DNA of 64,000 nucleotides from the human T2T-CHM13v2.0 reference genome, Homo sapiens: assembly GCF_009914755.1 (NCBI RefSeq), contig NC_060925.1; one strand, 5' to 3'. Position numbers and translations under genes: made by a program. The notes beneath the pieces are model-generated. The model ran no database searches. It was not told where the DNA came from and saw only the letters and a list, made by a program, of their open reading frames with translations. Below, piece after piece: positions 1 to 31,749 of this stretch. The stretch's first letter is position 1, and each line of letters starts with the position of its first letter.

Positions 1-405
1 ATATCCACCTAAAAGCTTTTAAAAAGAAATAGATAAGATGATACATGAAAGCTCCACAACAACATGAAGGCTGGAATTGTGCCAATTTGTTCATTATTGT
101 GGTCCAATGCCTAGCACAGAGTATGCCCTCAATAAATATCTGTTATAATTGAATGAATAAGTAGGTACCTAACAAATTGTAGCCAGATATCCTTTTGTCC
201 AGGCAGATGTTTGGTAAGAATTTGTGCTGATGGTAATGACACTCTGCCTTGACGTAGTCAGAAAAAAAAATCACTACATCAAATCCAGGGATAGTGGCAC
301 ACTAATCTAATATGCTGGGGTATTGCATCGTGTCCCATAGGCTAAAAAGGGTTTGTGAATGAATATTTCAATAGTATTGCTTGCGCCCACTGATAAGTTT
401 CACAT

Positions 406-790
406 GGTGCTTCTCAGACTTTAATGTGCCTCTGAATCACCTGGGGATCTTATTTAAATGCAAGTTCTGATTTAGTAGTTCCAGGTGAAGGCCTGAGAAG
501 CTCCGAGGTGATGCTGAGACTGCAGGCTTGTGGACCTCCTTTTGGGCATCAAGGATCTAGGCAAAGGATCAACATTTTCCTGTAAGGAACCAGGTAGTAA
601 ATATTGTAGTCTTTGTGAACTGTATAATCTCTGTTGCAACTGCTCAACTCTGCCATTCTAGAACAAATGAGGCCATTGACAATATACAAATAACTGAGCA
701 TGGTTGTGTTCTAATGAAACCATGTTTCCAAAAACAAGGGGCAGACTGGATCTGGCCTGTGGGCCATAATTTGTCTCTTCCTGGTCTAAT
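406..790. mobile_element. Adjacent hAT-Charlie MITE relics (MER5-like then MER58A-like)
   Basis: 'cttctcagactttaatgtgc..gaatcacctggggatctt' (MER5-like), followed by 'ttttcctgtaagg..gtaaatatt..ctctgttgcaactgctcaactctgcc..ggatctggcctgtgggccataatttg' (MER58-like). Matched to recalled consensus; boundaries approximate. Confidence 0.7.
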
Positions 791-1113
791 ATATTTAAAA
801 TCAGTATACCATTCTTGTAATACACATCCATGAACTTGTCTCCTGAGCTCCTAATAATTGTACAGTATATGGTAATTTCCCTTATCTACAAATCCACCTT
901 CCCCTACCCACAATCTATATGGTTCCAGGAACACAGCACCCATTGCCAAGTTCCTGTATGGAACTCGGACTCCAGACTCCAGCTGATTGGTGCCAAAGGG
1001 GCATCATTCACATTCCCTTCTGTAAAATATGCACCAGGGGCACTATTTCATAGAATGGCATCCTTTAGAGGTTTAGATGAATGGCACCCTTTAGAGTTGT
1101 GCAGCTTGGCTGA

Positions 1114-1519
<406 letters not shown>

Positions 1520-1571
1520 TAGAGGCTTTTTTTTTTTTTAAGCCAGTGGATTAGGATACAGAGAACACTAG

Positions 1572-2102
1572 TGTCAAGTTCACAACTACGCCAATTGTCA
1601 TGCTGGGGTATGAGGGGAGTGGGTGGATGAGCAGAAAGAACACCCAGGGGGGCCATAAGCAGGTGAAAGATGATTTTATTCAGCAGCAGCTCTCATCAAC
1701 AGCTCTCTCACACTGTCCGCCCTGTCTTGGCTGCTTAGTCCGGCGGCTCCCACACACAGCTGCGTGGCTGGCTCTCCCTTGCCTTCAGGGTCAGCAGCTA
1801 AACTCTCTCTGGGCACAAGCAAGCCAAGCTGTGTCCTGGCTCCCCTCTGTCTGTCTGCAAAGATGGACAGCTTTGACTCTCTTTCTCTTTCTCTTGGCTC
1901 CAGCATGCCTGTACAGTGTTATCAGGGCAATTATACCTTTTACAGACAATAGTGGCTTAGAGTCAAGGAATGGCCTTCCCATGTTATGGCTACATGGCTG
2001 TGATAACAAGTGGAGTTATACGCCTGCACTCTAAACTCGCTGAGTCACTCTGGATGTTTACCTTGGCCTATTTTTGACCAAAGCACAGCCGTATTCCTTA
2101 CA
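1572..2102 (-). mobile_element. Solo ERVL LTR, LTR18-like
   Basis: Minus strand begins TGTAAGGAATACGGCTGTGCTTTGGTCAA and ends ..GACA. It contains AATAAA and an AP-1 site (tgagtca at 2041). Family assigned from memory. Confidence 0.6.
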
Positions 2103-2619
2103 GTTAGTAATGAGAAAGAATGAAGGAGAGAGAAAGAGTGAGAGCTGGCAAGAGGGCTTCCTAAGTTCTCTTTAGCACTGCAATCCTTGGCTCCAGGTTA
2201 TTCCTGAGGTTCTACCACTTCCTAGCCCTGGAGTTTCATGAGATGACCTGTATCCTTATATAAATTCATTTTTCTTTTGCTTAAATCTAGTATAATTCTG
2301 TTGCATGCAAACCACAGTCCTAATGGCACTAGAAAACAATAAAAGAATACTTCAATAGAATTTAAATTTGGTAGGATTTTTTGAAAAATCAATTTGTAGA
2401 ATGTTGCAGGAGCATATATTTTTGTTTGAAGCTGGATGGCCCTGACAATAGAATATGTGAAATTTCATAAATATTAAATTACATCTGTATTCTAATAATC
2501 TACATAGTAATAAATCATGTCAGTTGTACAGGACCTCCTAGTCCCTTGCTTTGGGTTAGGTTTCAGTGGCAGAGGGAAAAAAAAATTACTACTCCTTTGT
2601 ACAGAAATGGATTTATTGT

Positions 2620-2922
2620 GGCCGGGCACAGTGGCTCACGCCTGTAATTTCAACACTTTAGGAGGCCAAGGTGGGTGGATCGCCTGAGGTCAGGAGTTCG
2701 AGACCAGCCTGGCCAACATAGTGAAACCCCATCTCTACTAAAAATACAACAAATTAGCTGGGCATGGTGGTGGGCACCTGTAATCCCAGCTACTTGGGAG
2801 GCTGAGGCAGGAGAATCACTTGAACCCCAGGAGGTGGAGGTTGCAGTGAGCCGAGATCACATCATTGCACTCCAGCCTGGGCAAAAAGAGCAAAATTCCG
2901 TCTCAAAAAAAAAAAAAAAAAA
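2620..2922 (+). mobile_element. AluS
   Basis: ggccgggcacagtggctcacgcc...poly(A); TSD-like agaaatggat on both sides. Confidence 0.92.
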
Positions 2923-3858
2923 GAAATGGATGTAATGCAAGATATTAAATGGCTTACAGTATGATTAGATGGGCTGGAGAAACTGTAGGCCAGTCTTCCA
3001 GAAACAACTCTCAAAGCCACACTCTAGAGCTGAGCTGTAAAGGAAGCTGCTGCTCCCACTAAGAATAGTAAACTACCAGCTGAATCAGGGATTAACACCC
3101 AGTAGCCACCAACTTTCTGAAATCATGCCACCTCTTCCACTTCAGGAAGCTCCTGCCAAATTAGGGAGCCATCACTTGCACTTCCAGGTCCAGACCAAAC
3201 AGCTCTATGACCATTGGGACCAGAAAGATGGATTCCTAAAACTCTCTCCTGGAACCATATAGATTGTGGGTAGGGGAAGGTGAGTCTGCAGGTAGGGGAA
3301 ATTACCATATACTGTATGAGGGAATTATTAGGAGCCCAGTTCCTTTTCAGGTCCCATGTGAATGCATTTGATTGAAGGAACCTAAGTCTCATTTAGAACT
3401 CTAACAGTAAAGGAACCTGGGAAACGTAGTTTAACTTTTCAGTCTCTGCATTTCAGAAAGTCACACCATAATGACATTGGAAGAGATGATGAATGAGCTG
3501 GTCACAGAATAAGCCATATCCTAATTTACCACACAGTTGTAAAACAAAAATTATATTTTTGTGAAGAAAATGTAAACACGAGCAAACAAGCAATAATACA
3601 GTAGTTCACTGTACTTGTTAGATTAATGCTGCATAATTCAGACTTTCTCTGTTTCTACCAGTGTTAGTTGTACATTCATTCCTACTTAGGCAACTGGAAT
3701 AGAATTTAACATCTGAATGATTATGATAAGTACAGAGATTTATTCACTCACTTGTTTATTCAATAATATTTTTGAGTGTCTGCTGTGTGTGTATCAGGCA
3801 TTACTTCTGTGCTGGATTACAACAGGGAATAATGAATATTACATCTCACCAGGTCAAG

Positions 3859-6470
<2,612 letters not shown>

Positions 6471-6996
6471 TTAAGATTCCTTGTGAAAATTCTCTTTATC
6501 CTCTATGAAACTGAAAGGATTCAGAGGGTACTGTTGACAGAGACAAAGACAAAGCAGTTGCAGTGGTTGATTACCCTTAAATATTTGGCTTTTTTAACCC
6601 AAAAAGTACAAACTTTTGGTTAAAGCATGTAATAAAATGTAAATCAACTACTGCCTTAAAGATTGGGTAAAAATCTACATTTAAGATTTTTTTTTTAAAA
6701 AAAAAAACCTTTCTTGACCAAAATTTCATCATGATTTCATGATCCATAAGCGTTGTGCCTTGTATGCCAACTAATCTTTGGCGGTGGATAGTGGAAGTAC
6801 ATGTATAATTAATCTTTCCTCATATTGAAATCACTCAACCAACACAGTCTTTCTAGGATTAGATATTTGTGCTATCTTGTTTGTGTTTTTACTCCAATTT
6901 GTATGGTTGAGAAAGTCCATAAAGTACAGAGAAAATGTAAAAGAAAATTTCAGGCACCTGTTGGAATTATTACTAATGTAATTCCTGATTTATTCC

Positions 6997-8696
<1,700 letters not shown>

Positions 8697-8925
8697 GGGC
8701 GTTCTGGTTTTCCTCAGTGACCTCACAGCATGGTATGGCTTCCCCTGAATGAGTGATCCAAGAGTGAGAAAAATGCAGGGAGGAAGCTGTATCTTCTTTA
8801 ACCCAGCCTCAGAAGTCACACACAGTCACTTCCACCACAGTCTATTTGTTAGAAGGAAGTCACTAAGTCTGGCCTTACATTCACGAGGAGGAAAAATAGA
8901 CATCTGCCTTTGAAAAAAAGTGTTG

Positions 8926-9607
8926 GGCCAGGCACGGTGGGTGGCTCACGCCTGTAATCTTAGCACTTTAGGAGGCTGAGGCGGATGGATAATGAGGTCA
9001 GGAGTTCAAGACCAGCCTGGCCAACATAGTGAAACCTCATCTCTACTAAAAATACAAAAAACAAAAACAAAAACAAAAAACAATTAGCCAGACATGGTGG
9101 CAGGCACCTGTAATCCCAGCTACTTGGGAAGCTGAGAAAAGGAGAATTGCCTGAACTCAGGAGGCAGAGGCTACAGTGAGCCGAGATGGCACCATTGCAC
9201 TCCAACCCTGGGAGACAGTGTAAGACTCTGTCTCAAAAAAAAAAAAAAAGTGTTAAAACATTTGTAGACTTTTTTTTTTTTTTTTTTTTTGAGACAGGGT
9301 CTCAGTCTGTTGCCTGGGCTGGAGTGCAGTATGGCACAATACAAAAATTAGCCAGGCATGGTAGCGTGTGTCATGAGGCTCACTGCTGCCTCAACTTCCT
9401 GGGCTCAAGTGATTCTCCTAACTCAGCCTTTTGGGTAGCTGGGACTACAAGCATGTACCACCATACCTGGCTAATTTTTGTATTTTTGGTAAAGATGAGG
9501 GTCTTGCTATGTTGCCTAAGCTGGTCTTGAACTCCTGGGCTCAAGCAATCCTCCTGCCTTGGCCTCCCAAAGTGCTGGGATTACAAGCGTGGGCCACTGT
9601 GCCTGGC
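8926..9607. mobile_element. Tail-to-tail inverted Alu pair (8926-9249 +, 9269-9607 -)
   Basis: Poly(A) and poly(T) tails separated by ~20 bp. Confidence 0.9.
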
Positions 9608-10434
9608 CTGTGGACATTTTTTAACTACCACAACTATTTTGTGTAAGTACTGGGATAAATGCTGGGAGACCCGGTATATAAAACAGGCATGGTCCCTCTG
9701 AAACTTACAGACAAGAAAGAGGAGAGAGGCTTTAATCAAATGAACACACAAATAAATGTAAAATTACAACTGTGATAAGTTCTTGAAGGAATGATACACA
9801 ATGTGATGAGAGAGAATGGTGGGGGATCTAGGGTATATCCAAAGAAGTGATGTTTTAGTCAAGATCCGAAGGAAGACTAAGGGCATCCCAGGCAGAGAGC
9901 ATGTGCCTCCTATGGTAGGGAAGAACGTGGCATGATGGAGGGTCTAAAAGGAGGCTATTGTGTCTGCAGCAGAGTGCAATGAAGACTGGAGAGGGAGGCA
10001 GGGACCCCCCACAAACTGGGCCCTGGGTCTGAGTGACCATGTGACCCTGGGACAGATGCTCTGGGCCACCTAACCCCCTCTTTTTATATTGCACCCACAT
10101 ATGAAGCTGCAGGAGTCCAGTACCCTGTTGTTACCAAATCACTACAGGAAGACTCTCAGCCACACCTGGCCTGTGTGTACCTCTTTCACCAAGGAATGCT
10201 TAAGATAAATTCCACCCAAAGGTGTCACCTTACCTTTCTAACTCTCCTTGTAACTCTCTACCTGTTCTATACATCCTCTCAACTGACCCAGCCTCCTTCT
10301 TTGTTTTGGTCCCCAATCATTCCTCTGTATCTTCTTGAACTTCCACTCTAAGACCTACAAACTCCCTCAGATACCTACATCCCCAAGGTTTTCTTAGAGT
10401 GGAACCTGCACTTCTATCTAAACAAAAATCTGGA

Positions 10435-15790
<5,356 letters not shown>

Positions 15791-15868
15791 GGGCCGGGTA
15801 CAGTGGCTCATTCCTGTAATCATAGCACTTTGGAAGGCCAAGAGGGGAGAACCTCTTGAGGTGAGAAA

Positions 15869-16142
15869 TTTGAGGCTGCAGTGAGCTATGATTGTGCCGC
15901 TGCATTCCAGCCTAGGTGTAGTGGCACAATCGTAGCTCACTGCAGACTCAAAGTGGCACAGCCATTATATCTAGGGATTTTCTTTCTTCCTTTTCTTTTT
16001 TCTTTTTTTTTTTTTTTTTGTTGTTTTTTGAGACAGAGTCTCCCCTGTCTTCACTCTGGAGTGCAGTGGCACCATCTTGGCTCACTGCAACCTCCGCTTC
16101 CCAGGCTCAAGCTATCCTCCCACCCCTGTCTCTTAAGTAGCT
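15869..16142. repeat. 36-bp hairpin (15869-15904 / 15917-15952) followed by an inverted copy of ~14428-14654
   Basis: 'agccattatatctagggattttc' at 15960 is the reverse complement of the Alu-tail/L1 junction at 14632-14654. The ORF track shows PLYLGIFFL on both strands. Confidence 0.9.
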
Positions 16143-16183
16143 TACAACAGAGCAAGACTCTGTCCATGAAAATATAAATAAAT

Positions 16184-20000
<3,817 letters not shown>

Positions 20001-20094
20001 TTATTTAGAGATATCAAAGTGTAATGTACAAAATTACAGGTTGTAATTAAGTCAAGAACTACCCCTACTTCTCTTTTGACCATCTTTTTTAAAG

Positions 20095-20559
20095 TTAATG
20101 ACACTGGTTGGTGGAGCCAAGATGGCCGAATAGGAACAGCTCCCGTCTACAGCTCCCAGTGTGAGCAACACAGAAGACGGGTGATTTCTGCATTTCCAAC
20201 TGAGGTACCGGGTACATCTCTCTGGGGAGTGTTGGACAGTGGGTGCAGGAGAGTGGGTGCAGTGCACTGAGCATAAGCTGAAGCAGGGCGAGGCATCGCC
20301 TCACCCGAGAAGTGCGAGGGGTCAAGGAATTCCCTTTCCTAGTCAAAGAAAGGGGTGACATACGGCACCTGGAAAATCGGGTCATTCCCACCCTAATACT
20401 GTGCTTTTCCAACGGTCTTAGCAAACGGCACACCAGGAGAATATATCCTGCGCCTGGCTGGGAGGGTCCTACACCCACGGAGCCTCCCTCATTGCTAGCA
20501 CAGCAGTCTGAGATCAAACTGCAAGGCAGCAGCGAGGCTGGGGGAGGGGCACCTGCCAT
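20095..20559 (-). CDS. LINE-1 antisense ORF0 (open, C-terminally extended to 154 codons); expression unknown
   Basis: [35 protein letters not shown] matches primate ORF0; ATG at 20559 in context GCAATGG. Confidence 0.5.
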   Translation of the reverse strand: MAGAPPPASLLPCSLISDCCASNEGGSVGVGPSQPGAGYILLVCRLLRPLEKHSIRVGMTRFSRCRMSPLSLTRKGNSLTPRTSRVRRCLALLQLMLSALHPLSCTHCPTLPREMYPVPQLEMQKSPVFCVAHTGSCRRELFLFGHLGSTNQCH

Positions 20560-21134
20560 TGCCGAGGCTTGAGTAGATAAAGCGGCCAGGAAGCTCGAAC
20601 TGGGTGGAGCCCACTGTAGCTCAAGGAGGCCTGCCTGCCTTCCTTTGTAGACTCCACCTCTGGGGGCAGGGCATAGCCAAACAAAAGGTAGCAGAAACCT
20701 CTGAAGACTTAAATGTCCCTGTCTGAAAGCTTTGAGGAGAGTAGTGGTTCTCTCGGCACGGAGTTTGAGATCTGAGAACAGACAGACTGCCTCCTCAAGT
20801 GGTTCCCTGACCCCCAAATAGCCTAAATGGGAGGCACCCCCCAGTAGGGGCAGACTGACACCTCACACGGCCGGGTACTCCTCTGAGACAAAACTTCCAG
20901 GGGAATGATCAGGCAGCAACATTTGCTGTTCACCAATATCAGCTGTTCTGCAGCCTCCGCTGCTGATACCCAGGCAAACAGGGTCTGGAGTGGACCTCCA
21001 GCAAACTCCAACAGACCTGCACCTGAGGGTCCTGACTGTTAGAAGGAAAACTAACAAACAGAAAGGACATCCACACCAAAACCCCATCTGTACGTCACCA
21101 TCATCAAACACCAAAGGTAGATAAAACCACAAAG

Positions 21135-22152
21135 ATGGGGAAAAAACAGAACAGAAAAACTGGAAACTCTAAAAAGCAGAGCGCCTCTCCTCCTCCAAAG
21201 GAATATAGCTCCTCACCAGCAAAGGAACAAAGCTGGATGGAGAATGACTTTGACGAGTTGAGAGAAGAAGGCTTCAGACGATCAAACTACTCCGAGCTAA
21301 AGGAGGAAGTTCGAACCCAAGGCAAAGAAGTTAAAAACCTTTTAAAAAAATTAGACAAATGGCTAACTAGAATAACCAATGCAGAGAAGTCCTTAAAGGA
21401 CCTGATGGAGCTGAAAACCATGGCATGAGAACTACGTGATCAATGCACAAGCCTCAGTATCCGATTCGGATACTGAGGAAGAAAGGGTATCAGTGATGGA
21501 AGATCAAATGAATGAAATGAAGTGAGAAGAGAAGTTTAGAGAAAAAAGAATGAAAAGAAACGAACAAAGCCTCCAAGAAATATGGGACTATGTGAAAAGA
21601 CCAAATCTATGTCTGATTGGTGTACCTGAAAGTGATGGGGAGAATGGAACCAAGTTGGAAAACACTCTGCAGGATATTATCCAGGAGAACTTCCCCAATC
21701 TAGCAAGGCAGGCCAACATTCAAATTCAGGAAATACAGAGAATGCCACAAAGATATTCCTCAAGAAGAGCAACTCCAAGACACATAATTATCAGATTCAC
21801 CAAAGATGAAATGAAGGAAAAAATGTTAAGGGCAGCCAGAGAGAAAGGTCGGGTTACCCACAAAGGGAAGCCCATCAGACTAACAGCTGATTTCTCGGCA
21901 GAAACTCTACAAGCCAGAAGAGAGTGGGAGCCAATATTCAGCATTCTTAAAGAAAAGAATTTTCAACCCAGAATTTCATATCCAGCCAAACTAAGCTTCA
22001 TAAGTGAAGGAGAAATAAAATACTTTACAGACAAGCAAATGCTGAGAGATTTTGTCACCACCAGGACTGCCCTAAAAGAGCTCCTGAAGGAAGCACTAAA
22101 CATGGAAAGGAACAACCACTTCCAGCCACTGCAAAAACATGCCAAATTGTGA
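21135..22152 (+). pseudogene. L1 ORF1p, disrupted
   Basis: MGKKQNRKTGNSK..QKHAKL; TGA at 21426-21428, +1 frameshift at ~21470, further TGA at ~21523. Confidence 0.95.
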
Positions 22153-22200
22153 AGACCATCAAGGCTAGGAAGAAACTGCATCAACTAACGAGCAAAATAA

Positions 22201-26037
<3,837 letters not shown>

Positions 26038-26431
26038 ACAATGAGAACACATGGACACAGGAAGGGGAACATCACACACCGGGGACTGTTGTGGGATGGG
26101 GGGAGGGGGGAGGGATAGCATTAGGAGCTAAACCTAATGCTAAATGACGAGTTAATGGGTGCAGCACACCAACATGGCACATGTATACATATGTAACAAA
26201 CCTGCACGTTGTGCACATGTACCCTAAAATTTAAAGTATAATAATAATAAAAAAAAGAAATCAGACAAAAAATATGTGTGTATAGACATAGACATATATA
26301 TATATATATATATGACTCCATTAAAAAAAAAAAGTAAGTGATCTTTGTTCTTACACCATATGGTATAATAAGCACCTTTTTTCTTCAGGAATGATTGGAT
26401 GTTCATAGAAATGCCCACTTAAATTCCTAGA

Positions 26432-26730
26432 GGCCGGCCACGGTGGCTCACACCTATAATCCCAGCACTTTGGGAGGGAGGCCAAGGCCTGCAGATTACC
26501 TGAGGTCAGGAGTCTGAGACCAGCCTGGCCAACATAGTGAAACCCATCTCTACTAAAAACACAAAAATTAGCCGGGCGTGGTGGTGCATGCCTGTAATTC
26601 CAGCTACTCGGGAGGCTGAGGCACGAGAATTGCTTGAACCCAGGAGGCAGAGGTTGCAGTGAGCCAAGATTGCAAACTCCACTCCAGCCTGGATGACAGA
26701 GCAAGACTCTGTCTTAAAAAAAAAAAAAAA
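26432..26730 (+). mobile_element. AluS
   Basis: Canonical dimer with poly(A). Confidence 0.9.
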
Positions 26731-27189
26731 AGTTCCTGGAACTCTAGGCTGAGTCGGCAGAAAGGCGACATGTTTATTTATTAGGGATTGTAATTGGTGA
26801 GTAGTAACAGAGATCTAACTATGATGGCTTGTACAAATTTATTCTTGTACATAAGAGAATTCCAGAGGCAGGCAGTCTAAGACTGGTATGCTCTAGAAAG
26901 TCACCTAGGATTCTATTTTTGTGCTTCACCATTCTTTAAGCAGCTTCTATCTTCAAGGTTAAAATGTGGCTACTGGCACTCCAGCCATCATATCACAGTT
27001 CTGGGCAGGAAGATGAAAGTTAAAGTTAAAGTTAAAGGGCTTTTCTGGAAGCCTTACTGCTTATAGCTCATTGGCCACCCTATCTAAAAGACAGGTTAGA
27101 ATGTAAAATTTTTCCTCTAGACATGTGGCCAGCAAATTTTCCCTAACTAAGAAGGGAAAAAATCAATATTAAATAGGCAATTAATCGTC

Positions 27190-27233
27190 TGTAGATCAGA
27201 AGAAACAAAACATGGCCTGGCATAGTGTGTGTA

Positions 27234-27303
<70 letters not shown>

Positions 27304-27540
27304 TATATACAGAGAGAGAGAGAGAGAGTACAATGAGATTTATTATAAGGAAATGGCTCATACAGTTATGGAGGCTGCAAAGTCCCATGATCTGTTATCT
27401 GCAGGCTGGAGACCCAGGAAAGCCAGTGATATAGATTTCAGCTTTAGTCCAAAGGCCTGAGAACCAGAAGCACTGATGGTGTAAGTCCCAGTCTAAGGGC
27501 CAGAGAAGACCAACGTCTCAGCTCAAGCCATTAGGCAGCC
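27190..27540 (-). mobile_element. MLT2-family ERVL LTR fragment containing a compound (TG)n(TA)n(GA)n microsatellite (27224-27328)
   Basis: 'gagatttattataaggaaatggctca..atggaggctg..ctggagacccaggaaagcc..agtccaaaggcctgagaacc'. Confidence 0.8.
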
Positions 27541-28493
27541 CCAGCAAACTATTATAGCCCCATTTAATCCTCCCACCGACCCCACAAAGTCAATCATTAG
27601 CTCAATTTTATAGGTAAGAAAACTGAAACACAGAGAAGTGACATGACTTTCCCCCTCCTCCAGCTCATAAATGACAGGCTAGGGATGACAGCCCAGGTTT
27701 TCTTGACATAGAGACCCTGTGGCAACCAGGGCCCTTCCTTCCAGGGCTCTGGGCTACTCAGAGATTTGACAGAAATGTGGTGTACTCCCACTCACCTCCT
27801 CTCTCTCCCTGACCTTTGTGAGTTCTCTTGACCTCTTTCTCCGAGTACCCTAGCCCAACCCCAGGCATTGTCAATGACTCTCTGGCACAATTAGCTCTTT
27901 GCTTTCACTCAGGTAACTCAGAAATCTTCTGTGCCCTTGTAGAGATGCTCTTCCCTGAAATCCTCACATTTTAGAACCTGTATCAGCCCAACATCTCCAG
28001 CTAGTGTTAATTGGGAGGGATCTCTCCACCACTTTCCCCCTCTAGAGAGCTAGCCAGGGGCCAGGACAACTAGGCAAGCAGGCACTGCACCAGCTACCCT
28101 CACAGCAGTTCCCATGTGACATTCTATTTAATCCTCACAACAAACCTGTGAGTTAGGCATTATTATATCTTCATTTTACAGATGAGAAAACGAAGGCACC
28201 ACACAGTAAAGAAACTTCCCTATGCCAGGCACAGCGGCTCACACCTGTATTCCCAACACCTTGGGAGGCCAAGGCAGGAGCATCACTTAAGCCCAGGAGT
28301 TCAAGGCTGAAGTGAGTCACAATCGCATCATTGCGCTCCAGCCTAAGCGACAGAGGAAGGCCCCTGTCTCATTAAATACATAAATAGATAAAAGAAACTT
28401 GCCTAATGCCACATAGTTAATGATACTTGACCTAGACTAGAGAAAGCTTCCTTGAGAAGCTTTGAGCTGAAGGAGTAGAAAATAGAAGAATAT

Positions 28494-28852
28494 TGCTATG
28501 GTCTGAATGTTTGTGTCCCTTAAGTTTCATATGTTAAAATTTTAACTGCCAAGGTGAAAGGTATTGGGGGGTGGAGGCTTTGGGAGAGATTAGATCATGA
28601 GGGTTCCTCATGAATGGGATTAGTGCTCATATTAAAGAAGCTCAAGGGAGCTTGTGTGCCCTCCCAGCATGTGAGGACACAGGAAGAAGGCGCCATCTGT
28701 GAACAGGAAGAGGGCCCTCACCAGACACCAAATTTGCCAGCACCCTGATATTGGAGTTCCCAGCCTCTAGAACTGTAAGAAATAAAGCTCTTTTGTTCTA
28801 TAAGCTACCCAGTCTATGGTATTTTCTTATAGCAGCTCAAACGGACTAAGAT
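28494..28852 (+). mobile_element. MLT1A-like solo LTR inside an L2 remnant (~28430-29570)
   Basis: tgctatggtctgaatgtttgtgtccc...atagcagctcaaacggactaaga. Confidence 0.8.
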
Positions 28853-29644
28853 GAGTATCATGTGCAAAGGTCCTGTGCCAGGAGGGAGCCTGTGTGTTTG
28901 AGAGAAGATCATGTAGCTGAAGCTGGGTAAGAGAGCAGAGCAAGAGGGGCAGAGGCCAGGCTAGACAAGGCCTTGGAGACCTCCTTGAAGTTTTGGATCT
29001 CTGTTATAAGAGCAACAGGAAGCCATCAGCTGGATTTAAACAGAGAAATAATGAAGTAAAGTCATCAGTGGGTTTTAAGCAGTTGGAAAAGATTCTTCTG
29101 GGACAGTGTAGATAAATGATTGCAGGGCAAGTGAAAGGCAGGGAGACCATTAGTGTCCATGGTGGTAATCCCAGCAAGAGACGGTGGTAATCCAAGCAAG
29201 AGACGCTGGTAACGCGGATTAGGACAACAGCAGTAGAGACAGAAGTGAAAATGGAAAGAAGTGGATGCTTTCAAGAGCCATGTAAGAGAGAAAATTGGCA
29301 GCACTTGGTGACTGGACACGGCTACAGGGTGAGGGAGAGGTTGAGGTCCAGGTTTCTGGCTGGTGCAACTAGCTGGGTGGTACATGTTTCACTCAGATAG
29401 GGGATGCTGGGCAAAGAAAAGATTTGGGGGAAACTGTGTTCAGCTTGAGACATGTTGGATTTGAGTAAGACACCAAAGGGGAACTATCCAAAAGACAGCT
29501 GGACATGGGAGCTCGAAGGTCAAAACAGAGGTGTGGGCCTGAGTACATATTTGGGAGCTGTAACCATGACCAGCCCATCCGCTAAGCACAGTAGAGACAT
29601 GAGTGCCCCAGGACTTTTAGGGCTGACAAAAATGCTTTAATTCC

Positions 29645-30478
<834 letters not shown>

Positions 30479-30651
30479 ATTCCCTTTAAATCAGAAGAAA
30501 AAACAAACTTTTAAGTCAAAAGTTTTTTGGTTTGTTTGTTTGTTTGTTTTTGAGATAGAGTCTCGCTCTGTCACCCAGGCTGGAGTGCAATGGCATGATC
30601 ATGGCTCACTGCAACCTCCACCTCCTGGATTCAAGTGATTCTCCTGCCTGA

Positions 30652-31106
<455 letters not shown>

Positions 31107-31237
31107 TGAGAGGCCAAGGTGGGTGGATCACGAGGTCAGGAGTTCAAGACCAACCTGGCCAACATAGTGAAACCCCATCTCTACCAAAAATACAAAAATT
31201 AGCCAGGCATGGTAGCGTGTGCCTATAGTCCCAGCTA

Positions 31238-31345
<108 letters not shown>

Positions 31346-31749
31346 TCAAAAAAATAAATAAATAAAAAGTTTACATAGGAAGGGGCCCACAAAAGTCTGA
31401 ATGCTGCTCTGTTTGTAACAATAAACATGCTTTCTGCTATAACAGAAACCCACTGGCAATGGCTCCAACAGTGACAATGTTTAATTTCCCTTGTGTGAGG
31501 AAATTCAGCGTTAGTGTGGCCTCCAGGGTTGGCAGATCGAGTGCCCTTAAAGGCAAAGACTCCTTCCATCTCTCCGCTCTGCCACCTTTACTGTTGGCTC
31601 CATCCTCAGGTGTTAGCAAAACAGCTGCAGCAGTTCCAGGACACCTTCAGACTTAACAACATTCCCGGGAAAAAGAGATACTTCTGTTTACATCACTCTC
31701 ACCTAGGGGTGAGGAAACCTTTCCCAGAAGGCCTTCAGCAAACGTCCTT

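Noticed and set aside
1053-1096. 18-bp direct repeat gaatggca(t/c)cctttagag
   Set aside because: Ordinary small tandem duplication in an old repeat.
29161-29213. 22-bp unit repeated ~2.5 times
   Set aside because: Simple tandem duplication within L2; no spacers, so not CRISPR-like.
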